IMG/VR virus record: IMGVR_UViG_3300042914_003763
Coordinates: 53,114-117,113 of that record
Direction: 5' to 3' (one strand)
Length of the DNA: 64,000 nt
Origin: a virus
How positions within the stretch are numbered: the first letter of the stretch is position 1; every line of letters begins with the position of its first letter. Below are positions 60,018-64,000 of the stretch, piece by piece. The notes below the pieces were generated by a model. It saw nothing but the letters and a program-made list of their open reading frames with translations, made no database searches and was not told where the DNA came from. The translations under genes were made by a program, and so were the position numbers.

Positions 60018-61100
60018 TTACCTACTCACCCCTGTTTGACGGTACAAGTTAAACGGTGTACCGACATCAGGTAATCTAGTTACCTTAGTTACGGTAACTG
60101 GTTTAATTACCTTAACTATTGATTGTACTTGTTTAGTTGTTGTAGTAGGTTTAGTTGTTGTTGGTTTAGTCTTACTAACCTTACTACATATGGTAATTTT
60201 ATTTTCTTGTTGTGTTAGCTGTTTATCTACAGCTAACGTTAAGTTATTAACACTTACGACATATTTTTGATTAATATTATTTACAACTTGGAATTTATCA
60301 TATGTAATTAGCTTAACTACCTTAACAAGATGTTTGTTATGTGGTTTATCTAGGTTAGGTGTAAACCAACATATGTCATCTATATTAAACAACTTCTCTT
60401 CATAATAGCTAAAGCTACTATGAGAGCTTTCAACTTTGATGTAGTCTGTTTCTGATAGCTTACTTGGTTTTATCTTTTCTACTTGTTTACGAGAGATTTT
60501 ATCTCTCTTATTCATTCTGATTATTTCAGTACGTCTAAGACCAGGTACTTTTTCATAAGTACCTACGAAGTCTTTTACACCCTCTATACGTTGCAAGAGA
60601 GGTAGAAAAACAGAGTTAAATATTTCTTCTCCAGAGAAGAAATCAGTACCTTGAATAGTACCGATCTCGATAAACACATAAGTGTTATATGACTGATCTT
60701 GTTTGTTGTTTATCAAGTCATACTCTCTAGGGAAACCTAGATCGAGAATATAATCACTTAATTTAAAATTATGTGTAATATAACCTGCTTCAACTAGGTC
60801 TTTTTTAGTATCTATTGCATTATTATTAATAATCTTATTTATTTTTTCTATGACTAACATCTCTTGACCATTATCGGTATGAAGTACATACCAAGATGAG
60901 GGTAAGTCTCTAGTGTTAGTAACTATAGTTGTATTTTCTGTAATGTTGTTAGTCATATGATGTTTCCAGATTAATTTTTGTAATGTTACATGAGGTAACA
61001 ATGTGTTTAGTTTATTGAATATATTAATTTTTTTTTCTAATGCAAGCGAAATTAACTCAGTGTGTGGCATTAGAAATAAACTTGTTTTTGTTATTTGCAT
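60018..61100 (-). CDS. Hypothetical protein with T/K-rich tail
   Basis: 360 aa; possible N-terminal HeH-like helices; TKPTTT repeat. Confidence 0.6.
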   Translation of the reverse strand: MQITKTSLFLMPHTELISLALEKKINIFNKLNTLLPHVTLQKLIWKHHMTNNITENTTIVTNTRDLPSSWYVLHTDNGQEMLVIEKINKIINNNAIDTKKDLVEAGYITHNFKLSDYILDLGFPREYDLINNKQDQSYNTYVFIEIGTIQGTDFFSGEEIFNSVFLPLLQRIEGVKDFVGTYEKVPGLRRTEIIRMNKRDKISRKQVEKIKPSKLSETDYIKVESSHSSFSYYEEKLFNIDDICWFTPNLDKPHNKHLVKVVKLITYDKFQVVNNINQKYVVSVNNLTLAVDKQLTQQENKITICSKVSKTKPTTTKPTTTTKQVQSIVKVIKPVTVTKVTRLPDVGTPFNLYRQTGVSR

Positions 61101-61197
61101 AAAAAAAGACTGTTATTGTAACAGTCTGGATATTGTATATAAGCATAAAAAAAACTAGTAACTAAGTTAAGTTACTAGTTCGTTGGTTATGGAGTGT

Positions 61198-62997
61198 TTA
61201 TTCTATAAGTCTATAAGGATACGTATCCTTATAGTCGTAACTAACGTTACCCTTACTCGATTGTGGGATAACGTTTATCCCTAACAGTTGTTTCCAGTTA
61301 ACAGTTATCCTACTACAGAATATTGGGTTAAGCGTCACTATTCCGTGTAGCGTTAGTAGTTGTTTGATCTCTGGTAGATCATTAACTTGATTTTTATTAC
61401 TTATGTAAGTAATACATCCTTTATGGATGTATATGATACCTAAGTAGTGTACTACATGATTAGTACACTGTAATCCTAGTCTACCCAATACTTTACTTTG
61501 CGGGATCTTGTGTTCTTTAAGGAACACTATTAGATCCCGGTTAACTTCCCTATATATAACGTCTTGTTTGTGACGTATAGAATTTATTTGTTTGGATCTA
61601 TGCTGATGATCATAATATATATAATCATCATGATAATTATCAAAACATAATTTTTCAGTGTAACACAGTGACAGATCACCGTGTTTGTTTGTTTGTTTGC
61701 TTAATTTCTCATATACTAATCTGCTACCTAGCAGATCAGATAATGCTGTTAAGCTTAAACACATATCACTGAGATATGTTCTTAGTGATAGATCAGACGA
61801 TGGTATTTTACTCGTTACGTCACTCTTTGATCTTTTACTTAATATATTATTTTGTTTAACTTTAGCACCCGTAGATCGAGTGATTATGATATCTTGTATT
61901 CTTTTATGATCCTGTTCTACACAGGTGTTGTAGTCCCAACTTGTGTTTATAATTCCGTTGAATATGTTTAGATCCGGGATCATTATGATCCTATTTTCTA
62001 ATGGATCGAGTTGTAAACTTATACAACTCATCAGATCCGCGTGAAGCGTATCAACCCGGATCTGTTTAATAAACTCATAATATGAGTCATCTAAAGATTG
62101 TAGTATGTTAAATGCAATTAACAATGGTGATTTGAGTATTTTTACATACTCACCGCTATCTTGTATCAAGTACCCTATTAAGGAATATAAAACATCATGA
62201 TTTATGCTTTCAAAATATTTATTACTACGCTTATACATTTGGTTAAGTTGTTTGAAACTTAACTTAGTAACATTCTCTTTAATACTACTAATCAAAGAAA
62301 ACGTGTTTGGATCATATTCTATCTTCCAGATACTTTTAGGGTTATTATTATATTGTTCCGAAATTAAATTAAGTAAAATATGATCTTCACAGTCATATCT
62401 TACAGTTATTTTTTGTTTATTATATTCACTTTGTAATTCATCTGGTATATCTATAGTTATTTTTTCTATCTCGAAAGATAGTAAGCCACGTAGTTTAATA
62501 CCTGTAGGATTATCTGGTATTGAGATAATGCAACGATTAACCCAGTAGTCTATACCTTGGAAACTGTTACTTCTTACTGGTGGATTCTCTTTAATTCTTT
62601 GTAATATTGATTGTTTGTAAGTAGGCTTAATAAATTTGTTTTTATTTTTTTTGTTTATATTATTTTCTTTATTGTTACGTTCTATACTGACAAGATCAAC
62701 ATTATAATAATCGTTAATCCGTGATCCGGTATGATCTGATGTTAAATCATCAGATGATACCTGATCATCTATACTGAAAGGTTGATTTAACCTTTTTTGA
62801 TCTTGTAATCTTACGTCATTATTAATATCTAAAACTGTATGTTTATTTTTATTATTAGTATTAGTTGCATCCTCTTGAGTTAATGCAGCATTAGAAATTA
62901 AAAGTTCAATTATCTCTTGTGATTTAAGATTTGCTTTTATACCGTGTTTTTTAGCAAGTGATTGTAACTCACTTCTAGATAAAGTTGTGTATTTCAT
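61198..62997 (-). CDS. Large protein with N-terminal SAP/HeH/Rho_N nucleic-acid-binding motif
   Basis: LSRSELQSLAKKHGIKANLKSQEIIELL. Confidence 0.65.
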   Translation of the reverse strand: MKYTTLSRSELQSLAKKHGIKANLKSQEIIELLISNAALTQEDATNTNNKNKHTVLDINNDVRLQDQKRLNQPFSIDDQVSSDDLTSDHTGSRINDYYNVDLVSIERNNKENNINKKNKNKFIKPTYKQSILQRIKENPPVRSNSFQGIDYWVNRCIISIPDNPTGIKLRGLLSFEIEKITIDIPDELQSEYNKQKITVRYDCEDHILLNLISEQYNNNPKSIWKIEYDPNTFSLISSIKENVTKLSFKQLNQMYKRSNKYFESINHDVLYSLIGYLIQDSGEYVKILKSPLLIAFNILQSLDDSYYEFIKQIRVDTLHADLMSCISLQLDPLENRIIMIPDLNIFNGIINTSWDYNTCVEQDHKRIQDIIITRSTGAKVKQNNILSKRSKSDVTSKIPSSDLSLRTYLSDMCLSLTALSDLLGSRLVYEKLSKQTNKHGDLSLCYTEKLCFDNYHDDYIYYDHQHRSKQINSIRHKQDVIYREVNRDLIVFLKEHKIPQSKVLGRLGLQCTNHVVHYLGIIYIHKGCITYISNKNQVNDLPEIKQLLTLHGIVTLNPIFCSRITVNWKQLLGINVIPQSSKGNVSYDYKDTYPYRLIE

Positions 62998-63035
62998 GAT
63001 TATTCTGTTCCTTTATTTTTTTTTAGTTATGTGTG

Positions 63036-63075
63036 GATAGAAAAAAAACACAACTACCATACAGTAGTTGTGTTT
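63036..63075 (-). terminator. Intrinsic terminator ending in the GATAGAAAAA motif
   Basis: AAACACAACTAC/GTAGTTGTGTTT stem. Confidence 0.7.
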
Positions 63076-63092
63076 GAAAATGAGATATGAAG

Positions 63093-63698
63093 CTATTTAA
63101 CAGGTTGTTTTACTTCCTGTTTATTTTTAACAGGTGTAGGTACACCTACTGTTTTTAATTTTTCGATCTCATCTTTGGTTAATCCAAAAGAAATTTTAGA
63201 CACTATCGTATCTCTATCTAAGACCGTTAAGTTTTTCAAGTTTTCTAACCAGTAGTCTAAACTCAACTGTTGGATCGATCCATCTGATAAAACACGACAA
63301 TGTAAATAGGCTTTAGCAAACTGGATAAACCAGGAATTACCCTGTAGATCAGCGTTATCGTTACATATTGCGTTTAAAAAATCACTGAATAGGTTAATTT
63401 CCTTAACCGGGATTTGTCCCGGCTTTAAGCGGAAGTCGAGTGAATTTTTAGCGGAATAGTGCATAGGTGCTAGTTTTTTCACCCCGTCGATCATGTATGT
63501 ACAACCAGTTGACGATAGGATCAACTGGTGTAATTTTGCACTCTTGATCATACCGTCTTTATCCCGTGTTACCTCTATAGAGGTGATAATGTTAGAGTTT
63601 ATTCTGTAAGCCAAAATGCCTGCTTTAGTTAAAGCAGCATTATCCACATTAGCGGGATCAGCAAAGTAACTTTTAGCCATAGTTAGTCTAGTCTCCAA
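63093..63698 (-). CDS. Hypothetical protein
   Basis: ORF; probable start MAKSYF after GGAG. Confidence 0.6.
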   Translation of the reverse strand: METRLTMAKSYFADPANVDNAALTKAGILAYRINSNIITSIEVTRDKDGMIKSAKLHQLILSSTGCTYMIDGVKKLAPMHYSAKNSLDFRLKPGQIPVKEINLFSDFLNAICNDNADLQGNSWFIQFAKAYLHCRVLSDGSIQQLSLDYWLENLKNLTVLDRDTIVSKISFGLTKDEIEKLKTVGVPTPVKNKQEVKQPVK

Positions 63699-64000
63699 AT
63701 GGTATGAAAATGAACGTGATCAGTTAGTTAAGCAATTAACTAACTTTAACATGGATCAAGTAACGGCTTGATCCATGTAAAGGTTATTCAATCACCTAAT
63801 ATTTAATTGGAGAAACAAACAATTCCGTTGCTGGTTTTAATGTTTCTCCTGATATCTCAGAACGGTAAAGTTTTAAAAGACGATCGTCGTCAAGTTGTAA
63901 CTGTAGCCAAGTAGTAGCTACACATTACGTGACGTTACGATCTATTAGATACCTGATAAGCCAGTTCTCACTAGCCTAACCTGTTACGGTACGGTATCTC

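Larger units (their letters stand above)
1436..63046. repeat. Dispersed, highly iterated motif RGRTAGAAAAA
   Basis: About 60 GRTAGAAAAA matches counted by eye on both strands, e.g. near 1436, 3163, 5103, 6611, 10210, 15961, 19603, 25348, 31301, 41921, 49642, 54100, 60600. Confidence 0.9.

Noticed and set aside
1-64000. CRISPR array
   Set aside because: No regularly spaced 25-45 nt repeats seen; the iterated motif is short and irregularly dispersed
1-64000. tRNA, tmRNA or rRNA genes
   Set aside because: No T-loop or cloverleaf signatures found by eye; a tRNAscan/ARAGORN run is still advisable
1-64000. Integrase, IS elements or prophage att sites
   Set aside because: No recombinase/transposase motifs or host genes recognised
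1-64000. Cyanobacterial HIP1 (GCGATCGC) enrichment
   Set aside because: Only partial matches were noticed, no full octamer
1-64000. Alternative genetic code
   Set aside because: Conserved genes are full length in the standard code and TAA, TAG and TGA all act as stops

Overview
A 64-kb AT-rich segment of a large tailed dsDNA phage genome, most likely a cyanophage. The host inference rests on the P-SSP7/'Cyano SP'-type ribonucleotide reductase alpha/beta pair and a cyanophage-like tail C-terminus. Positions 1-4326 (+) are the end of a structural operon (tail/virion proteins, portal). Nearly everything from 4443 to 63698 is on the - strand: nucleotide metabolism (DHFR, ThyX, dUTPase, RNR, MazG-like), replication/recombination (family-B polymerase, AAA helicase, Zn-TOPRIM primase, PD-(D/E)XK exonuclease, SSB, Sak4-like ATPase, RuvC, Dam) and a large accessory/early region. 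Main observations: (1) a complete phage-encoded ubiquitin-like conjugation cassette (two tandem Ubl paralogues ending -AG with N-terminal amphipathic helices, JAB protease, E2-like protein, ThiF/E1) at 37910-41220; (2) the motif RGRTAGAAAAA, seen about 60 times by eye on both strands, inside genes and in terminator tails; (3) a canonical type II hammerhead ribozyme at 59331-59389; (4) three copies of a covarying H-type pseudoknot just 3' of stop codons; (5) two ORF-free, densely structured regions (about 49.1-49.6 kb and 52.75-53.2 kb) that look like large ncRNAs. All calls come from reading motifs by eye; no database search was run, and counts are manual estimates.
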